Below the pieces are notes generated by a model, which was not told the origin of the DNA, ran no database searches, and was given only the letters and a program-made list of their open reading frames with translations. The translations under genes and the position numbers were made by a program. A DNA stretch of 64,000 nt from Blepharisma stoltei ATCC 30299 (taxonomy: Eukaryota; Protista; Ciliophora): NCBI GenBank assembly GCA_965603825.1, contig CBFDEM010000023.1, forward strand, positions 434,001-498,000. Direction: 5' to 3'. Position 1 is the stretch's first letter. The number at the start of each line of letters is the position of its first letter. Below are positions 36,401 to 48,665 of this stretch, one piece after another.

Positions 36401-38291
36401 TGATGAACATGGGGAATTTGATAGCATTTTAGAAACAAATACAAAAGAAAAACCTATTAAGATAGTGAGCTCTTCAAGCTCTTCAGATAAGCTATGAAAA
36501 GATGGAATTACTGTTGATATTCCAATTTTCCTTTATGATTATTCTGAAATAAATCCAGAAGGAGATTTAGAGTCATGAAAAATAGGTCCAGGATACACTC
36601 GTGATGATCCTACTTATTGCATTTTATATGAGCAAAATATTTTAAATGTTTCTTCGTTTTCAAAACAGATATACTTATTTAAGCCAAGAGCTGATATGTA
36701 CCTTCCATCAATATTTTATTCATCAAGCCTGTTTAGTTGGATCTGCACTATTGATACCAAAAAATGTATTGAAAAACTGATTGAAATTTTAATGAGCCAT
36801 TTGCACCCAGACGAGTACAATATAATATTAAAAATGAAAGAAGAAATAGAAAATGCGAAAAATCAAGTTGGTGAACTGAAAAATAAAAAAATTGCAGAAA
36901 TTGAGCGCTTTGAAGATAAAAGCGACATTAACTTACTAGTGAAAATATTGTCTGAATTTAATGATATGAAAGAACTTTTAAAAGATAAGAAGAGTTCTTG
37001 CCACAATTTTTTAAAAAAATTTGAAATCCTTAAAAAACATTCTGAATATATTTTAATGATATATCTATCATTGAAGCAGACAGGCAAAATTACTGGAGAT
37101 ATTACTTACTCTTGAAAAACTTTCAAAACCATTATATCAATGATTGTTTCTAAAAGTATGAGAGACGCAATTTTAGAAGCAAACGAGCAAAGCATCGAAA
37201 GCTCCAAAGAAAGTAGTCAAGTTGTAATCGATGATGATTTTTTCAATAGAGAAATAATGCCAGCTATATTTAACGCAATAAAAAACGGCATCCCACAAAT
37301 GCATTCTTGCTTATTTTCATTAATTTTTGCGTTAAAAATTGCTGTGAAAAGATCTGTGATTTCTGATATGGATTTTGCTTTATTTGGAAAATTTTTTGCA
37401 AAAAATAAAATTTCTTTAACATGAATGTCAATTTTGGATAAAGAAGTTCCAACATGCGATACCTGGAAAGAAATATACGGGGCTTTGACCACAGAAATTC
37501 TGCCGTCCCATCCTGAAATTGAAGATTGCATTTTAGAACTAAATGCAAAAATATCACAAATGAAATGCAATATGAAAAAAGTTTCCTCCATTTTTAAAAC
37601 AGTCCTATTAAATTCGGACTATAAGAACTTGCCTGTATTTTCAAGGATATTGATTGCAGTTCATTATCAAGATTTCACATTAAAATCCTTACTAAGACAA
37701 TTTATTTTTGAGCAGCTGAATTCGCTATTTGAGTATCAAGAAGAATTTGCAAAATTAAGCCACTTTATAAAATGTGCAAGCTGGTCTCTTCCATTAGCAT
37801 TGTTTTCTAGCCCTGGAATGAATGTTGTTAATACAATATGCTCATTAGCAAATTATTATGGAGTTGGATTAGAAGTAATAAGAACTGATCCAGAAATGGA
37901 CCAAGACAATAAAGGAGAAAATTCAGAAACAGTTGAGCTTGTTTTGAGATGCGCCACAGAAGGGACATGGGTTTTGATCTCTACCTCGAAATTCCCAAGT
38001 TTTTGGAATAATGTGACGGAAGGCTTGAAATACTTGAGGGAGAGCAGTGTTATTAGTAATACATTCAGACTTTTTATAGATATGCAGGGGCTGAGACATT
38101 ATGATATACCAGATCAATTTTTACATGATGAAGCAGTGAGATTTTATATTTCAAAAACAAATATGGAAGATTTAGAAGGATATAATGATATTTGGAGCAA
38201 TCTGTTGTTAGAAGACATACTGAAAGTTGAAAGCTTAGCGAGAGGAGAATCTACACTGTTTCCAGAAGATTTTGAATTAGACTTTGAGTAA
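27441..38291 (+). CDS. Divergent dynein-heavy-chain-like protein (~3611 aa), probably motor-dead and lacking the stalk/MTBD
   Basis: After the 15-nt intron 27692-27706, the + strand ORF fragments from 27732 to 37425 are in one frame joined only by TGA. Linker motifs LKPRHWEMI, CQNS-W-KQLEPVFSS, KRANFPRFFFLSD, DFEWQKLFRVYW, GNEYLG; AAA2 GPSMSGKST; AAA3 GPSSSGKTS; AAA6-like EGTWVLI...FRLFI. Confidence 0.9.
27692..27706 (+). other. 15-nt spliceosomal intron
   Basis: GTAAGGTTTAGGTAG. Removal deletes an in-frame TAA and fuses ORF 27441 to ORF 27732. Confidence 0.85.
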
Positions 38292-38409
38292 ATAGCTATA
38301 TAAGTATTTTGCATCAGATTCTTAGATTAGCTATTAATTAAACAATAGTATTGAAACTTATGTATATTTTGATATGAAAATAGAATGTAAAGATTATGAT
38401 CATTTATAA

Positions 38410-39171
38410 ATGGGTTGCGGAAGCAATAAAGGTCCAGTTGTTGCAGACGACAAACTTATTAAATTAAAAACATTTAAGCCAAGCCCAGCAGTAAAACTTC
38501 CTCCTGAAGCTGCTGAAGGGTTTATTAAAGTTTTGAAATCAAAAAGCAGCAATATATCAAAATTTTCAAGTCTCTCAAAAAACACAAGCAGTTTCTTTAC
38601 TGCGCAACCACCAGATGAACCATTGACACAATTAAATTCTGATAAAGGAGATCATAATAATCCAATTGAAAATAACTTAATAGAAGAAATATCAAACATC
38701 CCACTTAAGCACTTGGAGCCAGAAATATTCGAAATACACGAAATTGAAGCAATGACAAATGAAACACCTGAAACCGCTAAGCAGGATTTAATTTCTAACG
38801 AAAATTTTGTTTCTGTTGAAGACAAAATAGAAACCGGCAATCATCAAGTTATTGATATGATAGATCTTGAATCTCAGAAAGAAAATGAAAAGAAATTAAT
38901 AAGTGAAGATGTTGATATGATAGATCTTGAAGCTCAGAAAGAAAATGAAAAGAAATTAATAAGTGAAGAAGAAAAATCTGCACCTAGGGAAGAGCAAGAT
39001 CTTGAGATGCTTAAAAGTCAAAAAGAGGAAATTGAAAAGAAAGCTGCAGAGGATGCTGAAAAGCTCGAATATGAAAAGAAATTAGCTGAAGAAGAAGATC
39101 TTGAGCTACAGAAAATTCTTATGAGTTCAATGATTAATGAAGCCCAAGAAATAACTGAAAAATACACTTAG
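38410..39171 (+). CDS. Acidic protein with N-terminal myristoylation/palmitoylation motif, 253 aa
   Basis: Starts MGCGSNK (dual acylation pattern). Glu-rich, with an internal 20-aa duplication. Confidence 0.75.
   Translation: MGCGSNKGPVVADDKLIKLKTFKPSPAVKLPPEAAEGFIKVLKSKSSNISKFSSLSKNTSSFFTAQPPDEPLTQLNSDKGDHNNPIENNLIEEISNIPLKHLEPEIFEIHEIEAMTNETPETAKQDLISNENFVSVEDKIETGNHQVIDMIDLESQKENEKKLISEDVDMIDLEAQKENEKKLISEEEKSAPREEQDLEMLKSQKEEIEKKAAEDAEKLEYEKKLAEEEDLELQKILMSSMINEAQEITEKYT
38852..38969 (+). repeat. 60-nt tandem duplication inside the CDS (2 copies)
   Basis: TTGATATGATAGATCTTGAA(T/G)CTCAGAAAGAAAATGAAAAGAAATTAATAAGTGAAGA occurs twice with 60-nt period; it encodes DMIDLE(S/A)QKENEKKLISE. Confidence 0.95.
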
Positions 39172-39236
39172 CTTGAAGCCATTTTAAGTTAAGTTTTTTA
39201 TAATTTTAAATAAACATTATCTAATCAAAATTAGTA

Positions 39237-39818
39237 ATGAAAAATTTTACATTAAGATCTCCTTATGACTTGCCTGGATATGTGTCCCTAAGTAAGCCAA
39301 AGAACGGTGTTAAAAGATTTCAAGGTCAAAAGAATATGACAAGCGATCAGTTTTCAACTGTAAAAGAAGAAATAAAAAACGCAAAAAAATTATTTTTCAG
39401 TTTTGATAACACTAATAAAGTAGATAATCTAATACAATTTTCAGCAAGAAAACCTCGAACTAATTATACTATATCTCCAGAAATGACACCAAAGCCTATA
39501 AAAACTTATAAGGAAATCGACATCCAATGCAATCTTCAAAACCATCGTAATATTGGTTTGCAAACAGTTGATTTTCCAATTCCTGAAGAAAGAAAATCAC
39601 TTCCTGAGCCCAACGCTAGTCTAATTTCAAAAACCCCTACAAATTTAACAGCCACATTCACCGGCTCTCCTACATTCTTTCCAAACAGACTTTACACCAA
39701 ATCCAACCCCAAAGTTATGCCTCAGAACCCAATTGTCGGCTACCCTAAAGATTTTCACTCTAACTCCCCAACAAGACGAAATATGGGAGATTTCGCAAGT
39801 ATCATTTTAAAACAGTAA
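39237..39818 (+). CDS. Hypothetical basic protein, 193 aa
   Basis: ATG-to-TAA ORF filling the space between neighbouring genes; no domain recognised. Confidence 0.7.
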   Translation: MKNFTLRSPYDLPGYVSLSKPKNGVKRFQGQKNMTSDQFSTVKEEIKNAKKLFFSFDNTNKVDNLIQFSARKPRTNYTISPEMTPKPIKTYKEIDIQCNLQNHRNIGLQTVDFPIPEERKSLPEPNASLISKTPTNLTATFTGSPTFFPNRLYTKSNPKVMPQNPIVGYPKDFHSNSPTRRNMGDFASIILKQ

Positions 39819-39826
39819 AATTAAAA

Positions 39827-40573
39827 TTAATCTAATCGGCGTCTACACATTGGGCAGCTATGATCTACCATATACCACCTCATAATACATTTCGGATGAA
39901 AAGGATGCAAACAAGGCAACTCAATGAATTTCTCACCTGGTATGAAATTTTCCAAGCAAACTGTACAAGCGAGTTCCCTCATTGCCCGAGTTGCTTTTAG
40001 CTCTTTAAACCATAGCAAATTCTGTGACTCTTCTATATTTTCATGGCTTTCTTGAATATTTACATGGCTAACTGCTGCAGCACGAGGCTGTGGTGGGTCC
40101 AATAAATAGCTTAAATTTTCATTGTTTCTCCTTCTTAGCACTCGTCTCCTCTATATATTAATTACTTTCGACAGCATAATGCAGGCAGCTGTTAATAAAT
40201 TGAGACAATTGAACCCAACAAAAATGATACAAGTCCCTACCATTATTGACTGATCTTGACTTCGGTAGCATTTAGGAATGCTTTTAAGGATAAAATAAAC
40301 TGCTCCTCCTATAAAGTCAAGAAAAATAATTGGGATGTGAAATGTTAAGAGATAAACTGATGAGCATGAGGATTTAGTCTTGGTGCATGCTATTATGATA
40401 TGTGCAAGCAGGCAAAGAGCAAGCAGGGAATAAATTCATGTTATGAAGGTTAAGTTGCAACTGAGTTAAAATTACAGGAAAGTGTCGTGGTAGTAAATTG
40501 AATAGCCAATTGCACCGATGATACATTGACAGAGAAAAAATCTGATGCTGAATAGATGTTACCATTGCACCAT
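39827..40573 (-). CDS. Multi-pass membrane RING-H2 E3 ubiquitin ligase, 4 exons, 233 aa
   Basis: ATG 40573 plus removal of three 15-nt introns gives MVQCIRFFLCQCIIGAIGYSIYY..., about 4 TM segments, then CTVCLENF...LPCLHPFHPKCIMRW....SCPMCR. Confidence 0.88.
40151..40165 (-). other. 15-nt intron (RING gene, intron 3)
   Basis: Minus-strand GTAATTAATATATAG; phase 0, with an in-frame TAG. Confidence 0.88.
40461..40475 (-). other. 15-nt intron (RING gene, intron 2)
   Basis: Minus-strand GTAATTTTAACTCAG; contains in-frame TAA. Confidence 0.85.
40548..40562 (-). other. 15-nt intron (RING gene, intron 1)
   Basis: Minus-strand GTAACATCTATTCAG; contains in-frame TAA. Removal links to ATG 40573. Confidence 0.8.
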
Positions 40574-40754
40574 TAAGTCTTAAATAGAGTTAAATATTAT
40601 AGATATTCAGTTTTTTGATTTTAATGAAATTTGTGTGGAACTAATGTATAAAAATAAGCCGCTTTTTAATATTTATAAATTAGCATATATTGTCCTTTAT
40701 TCGTAATAATAAAATTAATGTATAATTCTTTATTTTTCTAATTACTTGCCACAG

Positions 40755-43700
40755 TTATTGCTCTACTTCGTTTTCTTGTTCTCTTTTAAAGCTCGATCTT
40801 AACGTGCTAAGGTTAGAAATATAAGAATAAAGTTTAACCAATGGGCTAAATTCTCTAGACCTAAGTGAGACAGTATTGTCTTCATTTCCACAATATAACA
40901 CAAATATATTACTCAAACTGTGTATTTCCAATATTTGGATTTCATCTACACTTAGAGTGTGTGCTAGCTCAGAATTTACTAAAACCAATAAATCATTCAT
41001 GGTAAGCAAAATAATTTGGTCCTCGAAGTCAATCAAATGGCTATAATACACAATCTTTTCTTTCCTATAGTCTGGCAAGCTACTCATTAAGAATTGGGCT
41101 CTGGAGATATCGTGATTATATTGCTCTAACACTTTTTTAACCCCAAAGTATCTTGGAAACCTAACACGTTTTGCTGCAGTTGTACGCCCTTTCGCTATAA
41201 CTGTCCCAGCATTTGCTGCACAACCTGTAATCCCAGTTCCTAATCTCAAAGCTGCTGATACAGGTGAGCAAGCTAAACTAACGAGACCTGACCCGAATCC
41301 TTTAAAGCATCCTCCAGCACCTTTCTTTTTAGCCCCCCTATAAGGTTTTACCACAACCCCAGTAATTCCTTCAGATAAATCTTGTACAGACCCTTTCATA
41401 CCTTTATACAAGCTTCCTAGCACTTTTCCTTCATTTTCAATTCTTGAGCTCCCATATTGATCTCCAGTCATTTCCCTTACAATTCCATACAAACTGCCAG
41501 TTATCCTATTTACACCTCCAAAACTCCCAGATATGGTATTCCCTACAAGTGACCTGACGCCTTTTCCAACGCCTCGAGAAAATGATTTTGGGCCTTTCAT
41601 CACCTTTTTGGAGGGCTCAACAAAGAAATCAGTGACCCCTTTTCCAAGAGTGTCAATAAACTCTATAGGGTTTCCTAATAGGTCAACAGAGCCTAAAATC
41701 TTATAAAATTGTGAGATTCCTTCACGGGTGTAAAATTTGGTAATTTGTTTGCCAATTTCTTGAGGACTTTGAAAGCTGTGATGGATGAGAAGCTCACTAA
41801 AGCGAAATGGGGAATTTGAAAAATTAATAAAGGCACTACCTACACTTGCAAAAGCTCTGAATAGACCAAATCCCATCTTTGGGTCGTTTGAAACCTCCAC
41901 CTTTTGTTTGGAAGCCCTAAATGAGATCAAGATTCTTATAGGATGGAGTCTTAAATATTGAAAATAAGCTTTGTTGGTTAAATTTGATTCTTCATAATTA
42001 AAAACAGGAGTGGAATAGTCAAGGGCACCTATGGCGTCTTTCAAAGAATCTTTTTCAGCTCCTTTTTTAATAGGGCTTGCTAAAGCTGATTGAATTTTCC
42101 CAATAAAATTGGCTAGATCTGTAATAGTTTCTAAATTAACATGAGTCTCCATTTCCTGTAATGTAATTTCTATTCAAGAGTAGTTATCTATTGATTTCAC
42201 AACATTTATGATTTCGCTTATTTGCTTTGTCGAGTTTATTTTATTTAGTTTGAGCTGCATAAAAGGGTATTTTTCTGCTTTTATAGTCGAGTTGAAGATA
42301 ACTGGAAACTGCTTGTGGGTATTTTTCATATTATCTATCTGAAATTCTCCAAGCTCAAAATAAAATTTCGTGAAATTTTTTGCTTCATCTTTTACTAATT
42401 TTTTTGTCATTGATATTTTCCCAAACATGTCTTTTAAGCTTATATATAAAAATTCTTTAGGCTCGTTATCAATTATAGACATGCCAAATCCAGTAAAATT
42501 TATGAGAAGTTTAAAGCCTTTCTTTTTAGAGTCAAAAAAGGTATCCAGCCTAACAATATTAACATTAGCTGGAGAAATTTTTAATTCCCTTGTAACTCCG
42601 ATTGCTACAACTTCTACTTTACAATCTCCTAAATCTTTCATTTGTTCAATTTTGTCTATAAAATAAGACTCTTTTAAGTCATTATATTCTATCATTATTT
42701 TCCGTTTTCCATGAATATCGTCAAAAGCCCAGGGAATCATTGCTCCAGGGGGCACCAAATAGGTAGGAAATTTTGGCTGATTTACGATGATTTCTTTATC
42801 AGTATAATTTCGGATCCTAAATTCTGGATCTTTTGGGGGCAACAAAGAAATAGAAATGCAGGCTTCATCATCAGATGATATAACCACTCTTATAAAATTC
42901 ATGTAGCAGTTGTTATGGCTCGGCTCAAATCAATGATCCGCTGCGCTTGTTTCTTCATTCGAAGGCAATTTTATTTGAAAATCGTCGATCCTTTCAAGGT
43001 TAAAAGGAGAAGACCATGCTGATTTATCACGAGAAACTTGAATTAAGCGGGATAATTTTGCTGATTCGAGTTGGTAAGGGATTGAGCTGCCATAAATTAT
43101 TTCCTGAATTGTTTGTCCAGCTCTTTTATGTCTTTGTCTTATAAAGACATCGTAGCCTAAATGATTTGATATTATGAAGCGTGGACAAAAGTAAATAATT
43201 TTTGATTTGAAAAGAGGAGAAGGGCCATCTATTATGCTTACCCCAATTATAATGGTATCAGGCTCGTCTTGGCTTAATTTTCAATTATTTAGTTCTATAA
43301 CGCCTGATATGCCTATTGCATTTATGCTGAATTTATTAGACCATGAGCTTGGCCTCGTTGTATCAGTTCTGGCAATCCTAACTTTTAATTTTTTTCCATA
43401 TTTCATAAATCCATTCGAATGCGGAGGCAACACTATTTTTGAGTACCCAAGGTCAAGCGCAAAGTCAGTCTTATTTACTAGCAAATATTTGCTATAAATT
43501 TCAACCAATTTGGCATTCAATGGGGCTGCCTTTTCATTTTCTCTTTTAGATATTTTTCTTGGTGACAAATGAAAGTTTTCCCAAGGGGTATATAAAAAGT
43601 CAGTTGTTTCTATAGAAAGGGTATTGCCAATATAATTTCCTCTTAAATCAGTGTGAGTTTTTGCTGATGTCTGGCTTAAAGAAAATCAATTAGTTTCCAA

Positions 43701-46700
43701 ATGTTTTTCGTTTTCAGCATTTAGCAAAAATTTATAGGAGTGGCTTGGATTTCTTGGGTCTAGCTTAAGTGTTGAGAAATCTTCTCCTATAGGTAAAATG
43801 TAAATAGGATCAGCTGAGCTATTTAAGTATACCTCAACAGGGCATGCAAGAAGATTCCGAAAAGTAAAAGGATATTTAATATTAATTATCTTTTGCTTTA
43901 TATGGGTGTTCGTTTTATAGAAATCTGATTTCACTACAATTCATTTATTTTCTCCAATTTTCAATGATCCTTCTTCAAATATTCAAATCTTTTCATCTAG
44001 TCCGCATATACTTGGCTTCTTATCGCTTTCAAATCAAGTTAAAGGTAATGGGAAAGCTGATTCTCCTTCAATAGTTATATATTCATCATCGAGATTAATT
44101 TTAATGCTTTCTTTAGTTTCATTGGCAATTAGCACTTCTGATTGGCATTTTATAATTTTTTTATCATCACTTAAAGCAATATCTATAATAAATTCGACAT
44201 TATTTTTCTTAAATTTGTATCCTGATACCCCAGCAGATTCAATCAAAATTCCTCGGTAAATATTATCGTTATCCATTTTTACAGAAATTGTTGAAGGTGT
44301 ACCAAAATCTAGGAGCCCAAGTTTAGCTCCTTTTGGTCTTGATTGGGCTACCATTTTTTTAACTAAATTTTGTTCAAAACTTAGATGCTCTTGCGAGTTT
44401 AAAGTCCATACTTCTTCATTTTCGCTTGGTGTGTCAAGTCATATTTGGATATTTTTTCCTAATTCATTATGAATTTCATACGAATAATGTCCATGTGCTA
44501 GTTTTTCTTCAGTCACAAAAATTTCTGCAGCTTTTTCTTCTCTCCATTGTGAGCTATCTGAGTGTGACATTAGAATCTTTACAATGTCCAACAGTGCGAT
44601 AGTAAAATTGACATTAAGAATTTGTGAAGATTCAAATTTTAAAATCATGACCGAGCTTGAATTGCTTTGTTCCCCAGTTAATTGAAAATTTCATTCTTCC
44701 ATCAATGGTTCTCACGAAGCTAGCTGCAAGTTATAGTAATCTATGAACAAAAAGCTTGAAAATCCAGAATTCATTGCAAAATTTTCTAAAAATGCAAAAA
44801 TTGAAAAGTTGCTCATATGAAAATAAAGCAAAGGGTAAGCATTATTTGTGGTATCATCTATTAAGGTTAGTTGAAAAGCATCGCTTTCTATATAAAATTT
44901 AATAATTGGAGCTATTTTTGATGCTTTCTGAATTCAATCTTCTTGCTGGTTTTCAGATTCTGGCTCAGGTTTTTGGCTTTTTTTCTCTTCCTTTGGAACT
45001 CCAGTGTCAAGCATCAATCACAAATCAACCAACAATTTTCCAAAAAATATATCCCTAAATCCAATATCAATACAAAAGCTTTCTATATTTAAATAAAAAG
45101 TCATGGCAGCCTCACTATTATCAGTTTTAATAAATTGATAAACCAAGCTTAATCTGCTAGGACTTATTATATCTTTTGCATTTTCACTAGTATGGTGTAC
45201 CAAGTTGTTTTTCACTAGCCCAATAAATATACTAATTCCTGTTATTTCTATTGAACCTTCATCATTAGCATGTAGTATTTCTTTTGAGAGTTCTGCACGG
45301 AATTTATCAAATATCCTTGTGTATTCTTGGCATGAGCTATATATTATTGAAACTCCGAACCTAAAGCATCCAATACGCTTAGATATATCATAAATATCAA
45401 GCGGTATCAGCAACTCAAACCTATGAAGATTTATTGATATTTTTATTATTGATTTCGTTGTATATTTAGAAACTGGAGGCTTCTCCATTGTTTTTTCTTT
45501 TTCTTGATAATCATATTTTTCTTCTGTTTTTGGAAAATTATCTTGGATTGGGACAGTAAAAAACTGAATAATTTCAGATATAAAATCTGTGGAGGGCATC
45601 AGCCTTATTCCACTTATGTTTACATCAAGCTCGATTAAGTCATCTCTTGGTTTAAATTTGAACTTTACTGCGAAAAATGTAATGTTGCTGTCTAAATCTA
45701 CGCTTCGATCAAAAAGTAAAGGATTGATAATGGCATATCTAAGCTTCACGTTTGGCCTTAAATCTTTAATCTCTACAAATTTTAGCTGAAAATCGAAATC
45801 AATATCTCCTTGTGAGCCGAAAATAAATTCTATTTTAGTTCTAGAGACTATAGAAGACACCAAATCTATTTCATCTTTTATCAATTTTAATGAAATCTCT
45901 TCAAACTCAACTGAGACTTGTAGGCTAGCAGAATCTTCGATTCTTTTCAGTTTATCTTTAATGGCTTCAGTTTGTTGAACTGGCTTGCCTTTCTCTTTTT
46001 GTTCTTCTTTTTCCTTTACCTCTTCAATTTTTTTTATATCAGGACCTGGTGGAGTTTTTTCTGTTATTTTAGCTAATAATCTGAGAATTCATTTCAATAC
46101 TGCTTGCTCAAGAATAAATGAAACTAATCCAGCATGAATTGCAAGTATATAACCAGGGACATCTCGTTGGTATACATGACAAACATATATAAATATATTA
46201 AATTCAACTGATGGCAAAATAGCTTTGATTTTCCCTTTTCGCCAGTTATCGAGATTATCTGTGTTTCAAACCATGAAAATTTCTATATTTTCTAACGCAA
46301 TTAAGTATTTATCAAAGTCATAATTAGAAATTTTTTCTTCTGAGGTTGCGCCTTTTAAATACCCCATGTCAATCACTATCATTCCTTCGTCTATATTTCT
46401 AGGGTTCATTGGAATAAAGAATATCGGGGCTTTAATGGAAATATCTAAAATTATTGGAGTCGGGACTTTTGTTTTTAATAAATCTTGTACGTATTTTTCC
46501 CCTTGTTCAGCTAATTCTTGGGTTTTTGTTTCAATAGTTTTCATATAAGGACTGAAGTCTATTTCACTTCCTGTTTTAGTTTTAAATTCATCTGCGATTT
46601 TAAGTAAAGTTTCAAAATTCACACAAAATTGAAGGAGTTTTATATCAATTTTAAGCCTCACAGAAGGAAATTGATCAAACTCTAATAATAAAGATTCGCC

Positions 46701-48203
46701 AATTAAAATATTTTGAAAATGCTCACTGTTTAAATATCGATCCTCGAGTGATAAACTTTCAATTTTAGCTTTAAGAAATTTTGTAAGAGGTCTTATCCCT
46801 ATTTCTATACTAGGGTGCATCATTGTATAGAGAGTCAATTCGCTTTCTTCATCTCGAAGAGAAAAAAGAATTATATTCACATGAGCTGAAAATTTGAATC
46901 TTATAAAATCATCTGGCATATCATGAAAAATATCAGAATCCATTACGAATGTCTCTATTTCTGTAGAAAGCTGGTTTTTTTCGCTAAGCATTTTGTCAAC
47001 AAGCTTGTTTTCTTCATCTAGGTTATCCTCTTCTTTTTCACCAGTGAAAAAATCTTTAATTGCTGACAAAGTTCCTTTATCAGACACTTTTTCTTTTGCT
47101 GCTTTTTCTGCTCACTGTTCATCAAATTCTCGAGATGCAGCTTTTCTACTGTTTAATATCGCTTCCAAACTATGGCCTTTTTCGAATTCATCTAAATTTC
47201 TTCTGAGCTCATCGGTTTGATGTATTCTTCATTTTTTATAAGCCAATCTATACATTAACTCTTCAGAGTATGTAAAGTCAAATTCCTGCCTATGAATTTC
47301 AATCCCTTTTTGCCAGTTATCAAAGACTCTTAAAAATTCCATCAGCTTCAAGCAGTGAGTCAGCTGTTTGGCTTCAAGAGCAACCCCTATTCCTCCACAG
47401 ATTAAGTTTGCATTAATTTGAGGTGCATCTAAACGCTTATTATTTTTATTGATATCAAGAGTGACCCTAAAACTTATAGGTCTAAGTAAAAATCTATGCT
47501 TTTGGGGTATTTCCATTTCCAGCTTTGCAATTAATTCAAAATCTTCTAGTCTATTAGTGATGACGTTTTCATTCCCATAATCCACAAAAAAGCAAGCATT
47601 ATCCAGAAGAATTAATTTGTGAGAGCTATCTTTATAAGAAGTAAATTCCAACTTTCCAGTCTTGCTTGTTGTATGCACAGATAGCTCTTTCAGTAAAAAT
47701 CCCATAGAATAGCTCTCATTACTTGTTATAGAATCTTCATATTTGATATAAATGGAGCTTATATTTATTTGGATATTATCTACGATTTTCCCTACCAGCC
47801 TTTGCACGAAATTAGGAATTTTATTTATTGAAATTTGCGTAGCAATTGAGGTCTCAAAATCCTCAAGCTGCTTAAATTTGTTCTTATCTTGATTTATTCT
47901 TTCAGTATCTTCGTTCCATTCCGATGAATCCAAAGGTGTAATAAGTGCAAAAATTCCAGTAATAACTATTTGTATTGGACTCGAAGCTAAAGATGTCCAA
48001 GGAATTCTGATGCTTAGATGTTCTATGTATCCATATTTAAGATTAAATGGATACCCGATATCATTGAAAATATCACGTCGAAGCTTAACTTTGTCAAGCT
48101 CGAGCTCTCCTTTTAGAATTGAAAGACTGAGCTGCTTAGAGTTTAGATCCTCAACATAATTTCCTAGAATCTTGTTTAAAATAGTTGATACAGCTTTATT
48201 CAT
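40755..48203 (-). CDS. VPS13: VPS13-family bridge-like lipid transfer protein, ~2482 aa
   Basis: Chorein_N start (ILNKILGNYVEDL..QL.LSILKGELEL...IPWTSL); mid-region DYYNLQLAS-W-EPLMEE-W; C-terminal YKILGSVDLLGNP...GVTDFFVEP, glycine-rich ATG2_C region, RVRFPRYF. Nine minus-strand fragments share one frame and each upstream fragment ends at TGA; I read several but not all gaps codon by codon. Confidence 0.92.
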
Positions 48204-48665
48204 TATTTTGAATATTTGGATTTCATTTAATGTCAGAATAAAAATTGAATTCTGATTAAATTAATGGCCATTGCTTTGGAATATATGAATTGAAATAATT
48301 AATTGCAAATATTTAATCAATCTCTTTTACAAGAAGTTATGTATATTGATTAATATTTGATTGTTAACACTTTGATGCCGCCAAATAAAAGCAGGATATT
48401 TTTTACATTATATGAGGACATCATAAAGTTTATGAATGCATCTTATTCGATTGCTGATTGCTTCTTTTTTAATTGCTTATCTAATAAATATGCGCTATAT
48501 TATAACTTGCTATAAATAAATGCTTAGCTAATTTTTTGCTTAGCAATATGCAATAGCTATCTACATAATTAATTTTTTTCGGCTCAATAAAGCCTTCTTT
48601 TTAAAGCAGCCGAATTACTTCTATTTTCACTCTAATAATCCCAGGCAATTATCCATTAAATATTA

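Noticed and set aside
38880-39105. EKKLISEED-like peptides resembling the c-Myc epitope tag (EQKLISEEDL)
   Set aside because: Not an exact match, embedded in native AT-rich codons of an E/K-rich protein, and no vector sequence nearby; coincidence.
27441-48203. Dynein and VPS13 regions as fragmented pseudogenes or clusters of small genes
   Set aside because: The fragments are in one frame and end at TGA, often at conserved Trp positions; they form single intact genes under TGA=Trp.
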